Shown here: positions 23,027 through 36,122 of the stretch, one piece after another
Layout: the number at the start of each line of letters is the position of its first letter
Numbering within the stretch: position 1 is the stretch's first letter
NCBI RefSeq assembly: GCF_001194135.2
Contig: NC_068994.1
Coordinates: 15,122,216 to 15,186,215, forward strand
DNA: 64,000 nt
Direction of reading: 5' to 3'
Source: Octopus bimaculoides
Lineage: Eukaryota
Notes under the pieces: model-generated
What the model was told of the DNA's origin: nothing
What the model saw: the letters and a program-made list of their open reading frames with translations, nothing else
Databases searched by the model: none
Program-made: the position numbers and the translations under genes

Positions 23027-23391
23027 TTCAACCTTTTAGTTGCTGTTTTTCTGTGGAAACACACTCACTTTGTTCCAAATAATCACTTTGAAAATGCTGA
23101 GGAATTTAGTAAAATAACTTGGTCATTATTAAGTTGGTGTTTAAAACTTGAGTTAACCTGAAATTTTCATGTACGGTTCTTATTTAGTTCACATTAAAAC
23201 AAGATATTTTTGTCACTGAACTGGGGATAGTGTCAGGCATAAGTGTGAGAACAAAATCTGCTTAGTGGGTGCAAACCCAGGTCTAACCCCAAATGTTCAA
23301 AGTGTTTTCATTGCCTCCAAACAATGTTAGGGGATGCACTTGCATCTCCTGCACTTGAGCTTAGGTCTTAGATGGACTGGCATCAAAAGGG
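23027..23391. mobile_element. piggyBac-type MITE family P2 with an internal insertion
   Basis: Colinear with 22583-22789 and ends in ggcatcaaaaggg-TTAA (23392-95). About 120 extra nt lie at roughly 23240-23360. Confidence 0.65.
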
Positions 23392-25723
23392 TTAATATAT
23401 ATTGCATCAAAGCCAGAGCTAGAATAGTTTCAACCAACTAAACAGCTATACTACAGCTTGCATCACTGAGAACTATTTTCTTTTCTCTTTCATTGATTTC
23501 TGCAATTATTCACCCAAGCTCTAGACATTCTGACATGTTTCTTTATTTTTAGCATTGTTTTCTGCTATGCCAGATATCTGAAGCTTGTTGCGAAAAAAAT
23601 CATTAAAAAAAAAAATCATCTTTTATTGAATAAAAAAAAAAAATGTAAGCTGTCTCATTTCACTCATTATTTGTAGTCTAAGTATCAATTGTTAGTTACT
23701 TAATAATGTTTGATATACTTATATATTTGGATTGAATTTCTTTAACACATTATATAACTAAGATCCAAAGGAAGAAAATATTTTACATGGAATATAAAAG
23801 GGCAGACTAAAATTTCATGTGCTAGGAAAATCTAAAGTAGTCATCAATAGTTTTTGCTTTGAGATGATAAAGAATGAAAAATCATGGTTCTTATTAAGAA
23901 CTACTACTTGCTTTATTTTCATGAATTCTCAGTTTCCCTGTAACATAGACATTACGGAGCCTTTAACTAACTTGTCATTAAAGAAATTTATTCAATAAAA
24001 ATTATTTGGCTTGTGTGCATTTAATAATTAGTGTCCATTTATGGGGTGAGGACAGGGGTTGCCTATATTTATATCATTATATGTGAAATTATCTTTTTCA
24101 ACATTTTAGCATTAACCAGTCAAATTGATTTTTTTTTTTTTTAATCTAAGTAATCTGTTGATTTTTCCTTTGTATCTTCTGTAAGCCTCTTTTGATTTTA
24201 AGCTTATTAGTAAAATGTACACAACTAACAGAAAAACTATGCAAATTATTGACCTAAATATATCAGAGCTGAGTTTATTGACCTCTCTTTCTCGAGATAC
24301 CAACAGACAAAAGTTGCAATTACTACCCATCATCCTTCAGTATAAAACAAAATGAATTATATAGAATATTTATTTTTCTTTTACCAAAAATCAATAATCG
24401 GAGTTCAATATTTACCTGGAAATTATTCTCGTAAAATATAATGACTATGTTTTTGATGTACATTGTTTTATGTTTCATTTAGGTCTTCATTTTTTATTTC
24501 TTTTTTTCAAGTTATTTTGAAATTATTTCATTTTCATTTTAAATCTCTTTTATATATATTTGTCTGCTTCATTTGTATTTTAAAATGTTTTACAAACTAT
24601 GGCCTCTGAGCAGTCATCTACAGAGAAAGATAGAAATGGAATTTCTATTTTCCTTATCTTGTTTTTGTTTTTTTTTCCCTGGTCTTGTTAAACTTAAGTA
24701 ATCATTAGTGTTAAAATGAAATCTATTTTAGTGATTATTAGCACCAGTACTAACCTCGTTATCAAAATCAACACCACCACCACCATCATTATTGCCATCT
24801 CTACCACCACCATTAGCATTATCAGAATCACCATCTGCACCATCATCACTACCATTATCAACCTGTGTTTGCAAGAATTAGTGTCTGTGGATTCAGCATT
24901 CTTTACCTTCTTCTGTTCTTAGTCATCCCATCAAGTTATCTTATCTTACCTCATTTCATGTTTACTTTGGCTTCTATAAGAAACCTGCTGCATTTTTTAT
25001 TTTTTTAAAATTCTTCTACTAAAAGGGAATGTTTTATTACTTTTTTTTTTCTTTCATGAAAAGTTGAAGAACTATCTTGATTTAGAGTTGGCTAGAATAT
25101 CTTGACTGAACGTGTGTATCTGCGTCTGACATTTGAATTAAGTGTTTGCAACTATTAAATGTTACATGTTTAAGTACCCATAATATTTTCTAAATAATGC
25201 TTCCCTCTAATCCAATGTTATTATAGGTTATGCAGGTGTATTGCATTTCATAAACTTTTCTCGGGGATGATTTGCATGTAATATAATGAGGTTTAGACCT
25301 ATGAAGGTAATTTTCTAAAACATAACCTGTTCTAAGGCATATTAAATTTAATATATTAATTTTCTTTTTCTACATATTGTTTTTTTAAAAAATATATATT
25401 CTTTTTTTCAATTCTTGACTTATCATATTTAATCCACATACCGGCTGTGCAGTTGCGTATTTTAATCTTGTAATTTAAAAACACTTTCTATTTATACGGA
25501 TTTGTTATTCAGATGTTTATTTCAGAAGATTACTCTGTGAAGGGTGTAGATTCATTATATTAAATTTAGTTAGAAACCTTGTACCTGTCTGTCAGAAATC
25601 CATTTGTGAATATTAGGATTTAACTACCAATAAATTTAATTTAAAATTTATGCCAGTTTTTATTTTTCTTCTGCCTTATCATAATTGATAAACCTTTTTT
25701 GTTTTTTTTCATTTTGATGACCA

Positions 25724-26044
25724 NNNNNNNNNNNNNNNNNNNNNNNNNNNNNNNNNNNNNNNNNNNNNNNNNNNNNNNNNNNNNNNNNNNNNNNNNNNNN
25801 NNNNNNNNNNNNNNNNNNNNNNNNNNNNNNNNNNNNNNNNNNNNNNNNNNNNNNNNNNNNNNNNNNNNNNNNNNNNNNNNNNNNNNNNNNNNNNNNNNNN
25901 NNNNNNNNNNNNNNNNNNNNNNNNNNNNNNNNNNNNNNNNNNNNNNNNNNNNNNNNNNNNNNNNNNNNNNNNNNNNNNNNNNNNNNNNNNNNNNNNNNNN
26001 NNNNNNNNNNNNNNNNNNNNNNNNNNNNNNNNNNNNNNNNNNNN
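25724..26044. other. Assembly gap (321 N)
   Basis: N run. Further 10-N gaps lie at 39720, 44723, 47200 and 54426. Confidence 1.
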
Positions 26045-26864
26045 CTGCTTGACAAGCGATGCTGTCTTGTTTGTGTGTCCCTGTAACTTAGCTGTTCAGT
26101 AAATAAGATCAATAAAATAAGTATTGGACTTTAAAATATATGTACTGGGGTTGATTTGTTCAACTTAAACCTTTCAGAGTGGTGCCCCAGTATGGCCTTA
26201 GTCCAATGATTAAAACAACTAAAAGATTAAAAAAAAAAGATGTAATTGAAGATTTAGTTAAAGAAATGAGAAAGCTACTCAACTAATAAGGCACAATTAT
26301 TTTTGAATGCATTCATCAATACATTTCATCATCGTAATTGCTGTCATTAAAGAAGATGTTCTCATTAAATGCCATTTTTTTGTGCATATGATGATGCCAT
26401 TTAGGTTCATTGCAGAAAACATTTAAATATGCAGCTTCTTCATTTTAAAGAAGAAAATGTTTTGGCTATATAAAGTTTTTTGAAGAATCATGCCGCCTGC
26501 TTCTTCTCAAGTTGTTGAACACTCTGGCAACATGATTAGTAACTGCTGTTTTAATTTTCCTTCACTGAAAGAGTTTTTATGATGGTTCAGGGTGTCAGTT
26601 TCTAATGTTCTAATGAAGTGAAGTGTTTTCACATTTTGTAAGGTCATTTTACTACTAGAGAAATGCATTTCTCCCTGGAGCTACTTGATATTCAATTGAA
26701 CCACTTCAGGGCACTACTTATAAAATACAAGTACAAGTCGGGTTTTGAGGTTCAAATTTTTGTTGTTTTGAAGGTAATTAGTGTATATATTTTCTAGAAA
26801 TGTTTTGATATTAAATTCATTCATATCAAATCTTTGTGTTATTATTCAAGTATTTTGCTCAAAT

Positions 26865-27303
26865 GTAGGCATAGCTGTGGTTAAAAAGCTCACTTTATGA
26901 CAATATGGTTTTGGGTTTAGCCTCACTTTTAACATCTTCAGCAAATGTCTTTTGCTAAAGCTCTGGCTTGACCAATGCCTTGTGAATGAATTTAGTAGAA
27001 GGAAGGTGTTGGTATATGTCTGTGTTTGTGTCTTTGAGTTGGTCCCCCACTGCCACTTGACAACTGGTATTGGTTTGTTTACATACCCACAACTTAGCAG
27101 TTTGGCAAAAATGATCAATAGAATTGATCATTTTTGATCAGGCGCAGGAGTGGCTGTGTGGTAAGTAGCTTGCTTACCAATCACATGGTTCCAGGTTCAT
27201 TCCTACTGCGTGGCACCTTGGGCAAGTGTCTTCTACTATAGCCTCAGGCCGACCAAAGCCTTGTGAGTGGATTTGGTAGACAGAAACTGAAAGAAGCCCA
27301 TCG

Positions 27304-27337
<34 letters not shown>

Positions 27338-27339
27338 TG

Positions 27340-27382
<43 letters not shown>

Positions 27383-27700
27383 ATGTTTGTGTATCTGTGT
27401 TTGTCCCCCCACCATCGCTTTACAACCGATGCTGGAGTGTTTACGTCCCCATAACTTAGCGGTTCGGCAAAAAGAGACCGATAGAATAAGTACTAGGCTT
27501 ACAAAGAATAAGTCCCAGAGTTGATTTGCTCGACTAAAGGCGGTGCTCCAGCATGGCCGCAGTCAAATGCCTGAAACAAGTGAAAGAGAGAGAGACTTAA
27601 AATAAGTACTGGGGTCGATTCATTTGACTAAAAATTCTTGACGGCAGTGCCCTAGTATGGCCAGAGTCTAATGACAAACAGGTAAAAGAAGATAAAAGAT
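26865..27700 (+). mobile_element. Old family A-like SINE split by a younger family A copy
   Basis: The degenerate head and body at 26865-27140 stop at atcaatagaattgatc and resume at about 27596 (ttaaaataagtactggggtcgattcatttgact…gccctagtatggcc). Confidence 0.65.
27141..27595 (+). mobile_element. Full-length SINE family A
   Basis: ggcgcaggagtggctgtgtggtaagtagcttgcttacc head, B-box-like GGTTCATTCC (27194-27203), internal (TATG)n(TA)n tract and a (GA)n tail. Confidence 0.92.
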
Positions 27701-27928
27701 ATCATGAATGAGGTGCAAAAATAGTTATTTGTATTTGTTGCTTGTTTAAGTATTTGGTCTGGCTTATATTTTTTCCTTTAAATTTCCCATGGATCATGAG
27801 TTGGGGGTGCTTTTTATTTTCAGTTTAGACTGAGGCTGGTGCTAAACTTTTAGAATGCAGTGAAAATAGTTAATATCAGTTGCAAGTTTTGGACTTAGAT
27901 ATAGCTAAGTCACTGTTAGCATAATTAA

Positions 27929-28132
27929 CCCTTTAGCATTTAGATTACTCTGTTAAATGTAATGCTTAATTTTTTTCACATTGAATTCATCATGCATTAT
28001 CTCATAGCTTTCACATTTCAATGATGTGATTGCTTATTTTTAGAATGACTTTGTAAGGTTAGTGTGAGAGGCCAAATCTGGTCAGCAGATAGAATATTTT
28101 GACCAGTTATAGCTGGTTTAAATGCTAAAGGA
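27929..28132 (+). mobile_element. piggyBac-type MITE family P1
   Basis: TTAA(27925-28)-CCCTTTAGCATTTA … TAAATGCTAAAGGA-TTAA(28133-36). Confidence 0.88.
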
Positions 28133-28482
28133 TTAATGTAGTGTACAAATCAAAAGTTTTAGTTAATCTGGTTTTCTCTGCAATGAGGAGGGGAAAATAT
28201 TACTTCAGTGTTTAAATCTGATCAAAATAGATAGGGACAATAACTCTGAAATCTCGGTTAAGATTAGAATTATGCATGTAGTGAGGAGAAAGAAGCATTA
28301 AAATGAGGAGTAATATTTGCATCTAGTCTATGGAAACTTTGGATATGTTTTGATCTTATTAAGACCAGCAAAGCATAGAGGATGAAAACATAACTTAATG
28401 ATATTGGAATACCATTCACATAGAACACGTATAGTTAAGTCAGAACTGTTTAGCAGTAATCTGTCCTTTGATACATACAACA

Positions 28483-28866
28483 GTGGAGGTGCAATGGCCC
28501 AGTGGTTAGGGCAGCGGACTCGCGGTCATAGGATCACTGTTTCGATTCCCAGACCGGGCGTTGTGAGTGTTTATTGAGCGAAAACACCTGAAGCTCCACG
28601 AGGCTCCGGCAGGGGATGGTGGCGAACCCTGCTGTACTCTTCCACCACAACTTTCTCTCACTCTTACTTCCTGTTTCTGTTGTGCCTGTAATTCAAAGGG
28701 TCAGCCTTGTCACACTGTGTCACGCTGAATATCCCCGAGAACTACGTTAAGGGTACACGTGTCTGTGGAATGCTCAGCCACTTGCACGTTAATTTCACAA
28801 GCAAGCTGTTCCGTTGATCGGATCAACTGGAACCCTCGACGTCGTAAGCGACGGAGTGCTAACAAC
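28483..28866 (+). mobile_element. Full-length tRNA-headed SINE family B with target-site duplication
   Basis: A box TGGCCCAGTGG (28495-28505), B box GTTTCGATTCC (28539-28549), CpG-rich body and a (CAA)-type tail. A perfect 10-bp TSD ACATACAACA lies at 28473-28482 and 28867-28876. Confidence 0.92.
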
Positions 28867-31800
28867 ACATACAACAATCTTATAATTGCTATTCATTAAT
28901 TCTCTTGCACTGTTTTATTTAGATTTAGCTTGTTTTTAATCATGGCTTTCTTCTTTTTAGGGGTGGAATATCATCTTTTATTTATGTTTTCCTACAATGG
29001 TGTAGTACACTATCCACAAAATTCATTCTCTAGTGACACTTCATAAAAATGCTATTGAGACTGCAAAAATTCTTAAGAATTGTATAGAAAATCTAAATAT
29101 CATACTTGACAGTGTTTAATAATTCTTAAATCTTGACTTACTGGTTTTGTTGAGCAAAAATGTGTTTCAGTCAGACTTGCCTACATTTATGTAGTTTCTT
29201 GTAGAAAAAATTGTTCAGCAATACATTTTTGTAGGAGGTGAAAAATGAAGATGTTCATTTTCATGTTCAGATGCAATATAATCATTGTAGCTTTCAAAGC
29301 TTTTCGTTTTTTCTTCACTTTAAATGCATAATAACATACCAAGAATGGAAGAAATATTATGATTTAGATTTTGAAGATCAAGCAATATAGCAGTGATTAG
29401 TATTTTGTGTATAGATAAAATTTTACTACAAAATTTGTTTTATCTTAAGAATATCAAGGCAAAAAAAATATCGAAAGAATACAGGGGAGAAAGTTTGTAT
29501 ATCATATCACGAGAGCCTGCAAATACACAATATATTGCTTGCATTCCATTTGACATATTTTTCAAAAAGAAAATTCAGAAAGAAAAAATGTTGGGTGATT
29601 TTTCTAAATTTCATACAAGAATATTGTTTCTGTTATTTTATTGCAATACTTTAAGTTATTGGATTAATTAGAAAAATTGTAAATTGTTGTTTATTATTAT
29701 TACTAGTGGTAGTAGTATTAATAGTTTTATTTTTGTTGTTGTTGTTAATTAAAGTTGAAGGTGTGCACTGTACATTACATTATTCTCAACAAGGATGGTG
29801 TGATCTCGGTTGTATCGACAATTTTTCTTCTACATGTTTATTTCATTGACGTGAAGTAAATTTATTCCAAAAATCACTTTGATTTGAAAGCATCTCTCAG
29901 GCAGATATTCTTCATTAGATTTCTGTCTGAAATTTTAAATGAGTGTTTTAGATTTTATGGAGATCTTCAGGCATAACAAGTAGTTAAAATATGGCGTGGT
30001 ATATTCAGATTCTTGAGAACTGCCATAGCAACGTTTCTGAAGGAAGGAATTTCTACTCTATTTAAATTTTTTATATCATACCAATATTTATTTACTGAAT
30101 AATATTATCTAGAAAAAAAAATAAAATAAATCGGTTGAAATCTAATCATCAGTTTCATGTACACCACTATCATTCATTCCCTCTTAAAATAAGATAAAGC
30201 TTCAAGAAAGAGAATATTTATAGGACTATAATTATTAGTATGCATGGTTGTACTCTTCTATACTTGATAACATGAAATGTCTTGATTCTGTTGCTTTTGA
30301 ATTTTGCAATACAATTTTTTTTTTTTTGTTTTAAGTGTTGTTATCATTAGTTGTCTAAAATTAGTAATCTTTTTTTATTTTGGTTTGAATATTACAACTT
30401 AAGTTTTAATAATTTAAATTATTAATGTCCTGTGTTGTAGACATATTAATGGAATGTTGATCTTAAGTGTCTTAAGAAAATTAAATTACAACAATTGATT
30501 TCCTGTTCAACTAAGAGAAAGAAGTCTTTGGATTTGTTATAACAGTCCTTGTAGCACTTCAGTAAGATTGACACATGGAAGACTACTTCCATGTAAATCC
30601 TCTGTTCCAATCTGGTTAAAATCAATATAATATAATGACATCCACTGCAATGAAAAAGATTTCTGTCTTGTGACTAGGTTGAACGGTAACGGTGGTGTTT
30701 ATGTGTATACATGATGGCTGTCATTTAAAGAGAGCTGGCTAGTAGACCTGTCTAACCAATGACAACAAGAGAGAAGATGGAAGATATATATATATACATA
30801 GTTTGGTAGGAGATAATGAGACTGAAATAAAATAATGTCAGTGTTTTGGATTGTGACACTGATCAACCTATTAACTTTATCTAACCAAATAAAAGTATAT
30901 TATTCTCACATGAGGCAATTGGGAACTCATTAATACAGATACATTGAACTCTATGGTTAATGAAGAGGGCTGAAAAAAGAAATTGCTTCTATTGATTTTT
31001 CACCTCTGCTGTTCTTTTAATATGAACGTTTTTTTTTTGCATTTTATTGTCAGAAACTTCCAGATTAGACAGAGTAGATACCTAAAATGTTTATAGAATA
31101 TAATCATTCCCAAACATTTAATGTTGGGATCAATTAAATAGGTTTTTAATTATAATTATTTGGTTCTTCTGACATCAGCTTAGGAAAACTGATTTTCCTA
31201 TTTTTCTTGTGAAGATGATTTTGTAAATTTCTTGCAAAGGTGATATTTTTGTAGATTTTCTTTACATTCAACACAGAGGGAGAGTTACAATATATTTCCA
31301 ATGAATTACAATGTGTAATGTAAAAAAAAAAAAAGCTCTTTGTATTTATATTTTATCATAGATTATTGTTTTCTTTCAACAAATTATTTTTATGACAACA
31401 ATATCTCAATTATAACGACTAGTCGTTTTCTTTCCTTTTTAGTAATTACAGGAATATGCTCAAAATCTAATGTTTCTATTCAACATTCTTTTTGCTAATA
31501 TTCATTAAACCTTGCTAATATTTCATGAATGTTTTTTTTTCCAAGTGCTTGTCCATTCTCTAAGGAATTGAAAACACCAGGACAAATTTTGGTAGTCAAA
31601 ACTAATAATGTGATAATCCAAATTCTCTTAGCTTAGTAGTTATAGTTGATCACTTCTTAGTTTTGCAATAACTTGTATTATAGAAATAAATGACAATTTT
31701 ACTGCTAGCTCTGTTTGTTGCCTCAAAAATATCTATTAGTAGTTTTAATTAAAAGCACTATAATATCATGAAAGACTGGAACTTTGGATTCCCTTGTGCA

Positions 31801-32146
31801 ACATTTCTTGAATAACACCAGCCAGATCTTCCTTTAAATATATTTAAGCCTACATTTGGACAAAGAATTTTTTTAATCTTTTAATGCCAGAATATGAATT
31901 CATTAAAAGTAAGAGGTGTCAGTTGACTGATTATCAATAGGAAAATCTAAGACCTGTATAGAGATAAGTAAAATTATAATGCTGGTGCCATGTAAAACGC
32001 ACCCAGTACACTGTAAAGTTGTTGACATTAGGAAGGGCATTTTATATTATCCATGTTTCCTTTTTCACTTTAAAAAAAAATGTCATGAGTTACTTCAATA
32101 TATTTACTATGTTTTTGACTAAGTATTTAGTTTTCATGATTTATAG

Positions 32147-32403
32147 CATTGGTTCCCAAACTTTTGGGGGCTGCCTCCCTCTTGGTACCCAGGCCACATT
32201 CCTGGAGCCCCAACCACAAACACAGACCACTTTCTACAACAAATTCAAAACAATTGTATTTCACAAATAAAACATAACCTAATTAACCCATTATTTTATT
32301 TTTACAACCATCATTCCCTTTTAGCTACTCCATTATCACCCCCACTTTTCTTCACAACATCCCTACCCCAGAAGGGCAATACTGCCCATTTTGGGAACCA
32401 CTG
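32147..32403. mobile_element. hAT-Charlie-type MITE (different family)
   Basis: TIRs CATTGGTTCCCAAA / TTTGGGAACCACTG. The 8-bp TSD atttatag / gtctatag matches at 6/8 with a central TA. Confidence 0.8.
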
Positions 32404-33149
32404 GTCTATAGCACTAACTTTTGGAACATTTTTATATGAAAAGTATTTTTTGCTTTGGAATCTGTTTATGTTCCTTCATAACTAATGAATATTTGCAATT
32501 AAATAATTTTTGAAAATATTTTAAGACCTTTTAAGCATTTTACTTTATACTCAGCTTTTTTTTTTCTTCTTTAAAATTTATGCAAAATTTAAGCTTAGAA
32601 TAGAACAAAGCCACTAAGCATTTTGCCCACCTGCTAACGACTCTGCCAGCTCACTAACTTTTTTAATAAATTAATATTGGAAACATATAAAATAACTTTG
32701 TTCTGCTGTTTGAATTTAGTACACAAGCTTGTAACTTGTATCCTAAAAGTGATCAGTACTTTCATTGTTTTAGAAATTTATCATTTTTCTCCATTTATCA
32801 TCCATCTTTAATGAAAACTTTTTTTTTTTCATTGATCTTACCACGATAGCACAAGTAAGACAGATGGTTTTTTCAAGTAAAGAGATTTTCTCTCCAACAA
32901 TTCTAATCAATTTCTTCAGTTTACACTTGACATGTAGCTCTTGCTATAGTTATTCTGCTGCAGAATTAATATTTTGTTTTTTGTTTTTTTTTACTGACAG
33001 TTGCTAGCAATATCTTCAGAATGAGGTTTGATGTGCTATGAAAGAACTCTGCTTTTGGTCTTGTTCATATTTCTGTGGAAAACATTGAAATTAATCTTGC
33101 TTTGTATTACATTATTCAATATATCCAACCACATACTTATTAAGCATTT

Positions 33150-33540
33150 AGACTTTCAAATCTCAACATTCCTAAAATCATGATCCTTCCTGTGCACACT
33201 TTTTTTTTCAATGACTCAACTTTATATCAAATCCTTTTTTAAGGTAGTTTATCAATTCTGAGTCATCAAACTGGCCTCCTGGGCAGATTGTGTTTTAGAA
33301 TGGCACTAAGTGCTATGATTCAGTCCAATTCTTTAGGCTTGCAGGTTTTCATGTTGGCATTCAGCAGCTGTGGATTTCTTGTGTTACATCTTCCTAATTT
33401 TATATTAATCTCTCTTGTTAATTCTCATACTTTTCCTCTACTTATTACCTTCCCTGAATTACCAACAGCACTAGACAGGCACTCCTTCTCAATCTTTTCC
33501 CTTCACTTCCATTCTTACATTCAGTGGAGTTCAACCTAGT
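33150..33540 (+). pseudogene. Possible CR1/L2-like LINE 3' remnant
   Basis: HTFFFNDSTLY near 33200 resembles HSFADDSTL. The rest is too decayed to translate with confidence. Confidence 0.3.
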
Positions 33541-35829
33541 GTTTGAAAGATAAAAATAATAAACATGCACACACACACATACAGTTTATTCTCGTTTATT
33601 CTATGTTTACATTTCTTAAAATTATGTTTTTGGAAGCACAAGGAAATACAGTTTGGTATTTTTGTTAATGATTTAGATTCAGTATAAGAGGATGTTTAAG
33701 GTAATCATAGTAGTGGCTAATTTAACTGATTCATACAATTCTGTTAGTGTTGTTTGTTGAAATTCTATAAAGCCTCTTATATATTTATGATGGTAGGTCA
33801 CTTATTGCTCTGATACTTTCATAACATTGTTAGCTTTGTTTTCACTTTAGCATAGTGTTTATTTTTAAAATGTTCTTCTTAGTGACCACTTTATAAATGG
33901 TACAACTACTATAAATAACTATGTCCTGTAACTTGATGGGTTTTTTTATTTTTATTTTTTTTTTTTAGATGAAGTGACCTTTTTTGTGGTAAAGTGGTAA
34001 ATAATTATAGTCTATGTTTTGTTGGTCACATTTTCAGTTGTAGTGTTCTTACTCAATTGTAGTGCTCTTACTCATACACAATCAGGTCACTTATGTGATG
34101 TAGTGCCATACAATTAACCAAGGGAGAAGCTAGGATCCTCCAGCTGCAATCCAACTAGCTTTAATATTTGCCCCTGGGATTTATTGAAGCATATAGCAAA
34201 ATATATATTGAACTGGGAAGCGCATCTTTTTAAACTCAAAAGGAAGGATGTTACAAGAAATGATTGGAATTCTTGGGATAAAGACATTTCTCAGTGCTAT
34301 ATCAGTATTGTTTTGATGAGATGTGACATTAGTTGGTTAACTACCAGTTCTCTGCTATTGCACAAATTGAAAAGAATAATTGGAGATCCTTTTTCAGTAT
34401 GTCTGTGATTTGGTATACCAAGTAGCTCCAGGCTGCTGAGAAACCACTGGGGTTGTTCAGTTTCTTTGGGATTTAAAAACGCTGTCTATTTGTAGACCAA
34501 ATCATCTCCACTCAACTACTGAGTAGGTTTAAACTATCATAACTTATCTATTCAGTTTCCAGTTTGCTTCTTAGCATGCCACTCACTGAAAATGTGATTT
34601 CAAGCAGCTTCTGATTTAATTCAGGTATTACCTTTGTAATACGTTTGAATTACTGAAAGTGGTTGATGAAAGCCTCATGCTAAGATTGCTGTTACAATGT
34701 TGAAAGGAAAATTTGTTCACTTGATATCCCTAAAAGTTCAAACCAGAAACTCAGAATCACCATTACAGGACATTCTGCATTCATTGCAAATTATCATCAA
34801 ATACCGTTTTAATACTTTTCCTGCTCCTGTTTCTATGCAGATGTCTCAGATTGCAGTATCATTATTGGTATAGATCAATGGTAATTTAAATGCACTGTAA
34901 ACTCTTTGTCTCTTGGCAGTAGATGGGGAGAAGTACCTGAACATGCAACTGCTACAGCAATTTTCCCATGTTGCCTTACTTCAGCTAGTAGTAGTTGTAT
35001 CAGTATTTTTTTTTTTTTTTTGTCCCTCCAGATGTATCAAGAAAAAATATTCAGTCTTTTCTCCCCCATATATAGTCATGGATTATGTTCAAGTTTCTTT
35101 TTTGATCATTGAGTAGCTTAGGGTCACTTTCAGCCATAAATTGAGTGAAAGAATTAATATCATGACAGAGCTCATATTAAACCTCGGTTGGTGATGGTTC
35201 CCTTGAGACCAGTTACTCTTAAGCTAGGCAGTTCATGTCCTGACAAACCCTAAAACTTTGTCACTCATTTTAGTGTTATCTTCAACATGGTTCTCAGTGC
35301 TATTAAGGACAATCTCTAGGTTATGTTGCTGCACTTGACACTTGTAATCTTCTAAGTTGTAGTCTCAGATAATTGGGAAATGACAGTTCACATATTTTCA
35401 TTAGAACTACTGAGGTGTTACACAACTTTGAAGGATACTGCGTAAAACAGATGTTTTCATCTTTGTTGCTTCCCACTGAGCATCATTTTGAAATAGGCCT
35501 TACTTGTAACATACTTCTGCATTCACTGTTCAAAAACAGATGAAATGATTTTTGTCTTTTGACATCATGAAAGAGTGTCTTGAAGTAGACTCATCCATAC
35601 TAACTGGGATAAACAGTACACCAAGTGTAATCATGTATAATACGCTCGTAACCGTCAGCAGGAGCACTTTTTAATTATTTTGTTTCGTCTCAAGTGTGAT
35701 ACAAAGTAAATTGATAATAGTGTTTTGAGTAAAGTAAAAGAAAAGAAAAAGAGAATGGTGTAAGTGTAGTGTCCCTCTCAGCCAGATCTTGCTGCATTGC
35801 AGGAATATATATATATATCTCGTATCTTT

Positions 35830-36122
35830 TTTTGTTTCAGTCGTTGGACTGCTGTCCATGCCAGGGTACTGCCTTGAAGGGCTTTGTCAAACAAATCGAC
35901 TGTACTACTTATATTTTTAAGCTTGGTACTTATTCTATCAGTCTCTTTAGCCAACCTGCTAAGTTACGGAGTCATAAACACATCAACACCAGTTGTCAGG
36001 TGGTGGTGGGAGACACACACACGCACACACACACAATAAGCTTCTGTCAGTTTTTGTTTACCAAATCCTGTCACAAGGCTTTGCCCAAGGTACCATGAGT
36101 TAGGAAGTAAACTTCTTACCAC
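35830..36122 (-). mobile_element. SINE family A-like, near full length with deletions
   Basis: Reverse complement of the tail (gtttcagtc…ccatgccaggg…cttggtacttattctatcagtctc…gctaagttacgg) through to the head (ccaaatcc..cacaaggctttgcccaaggtacca…cttcttaccac). Confidence 0.75.

Noticed and set aside
27141-27215. tRNA-like heads with A and B boxes (also 17563, 19386, 28483) as tRNA genes
   Set aside because: Each continues into a SINE body and tail and lacks a clean cloverleaf and T-run terminator.
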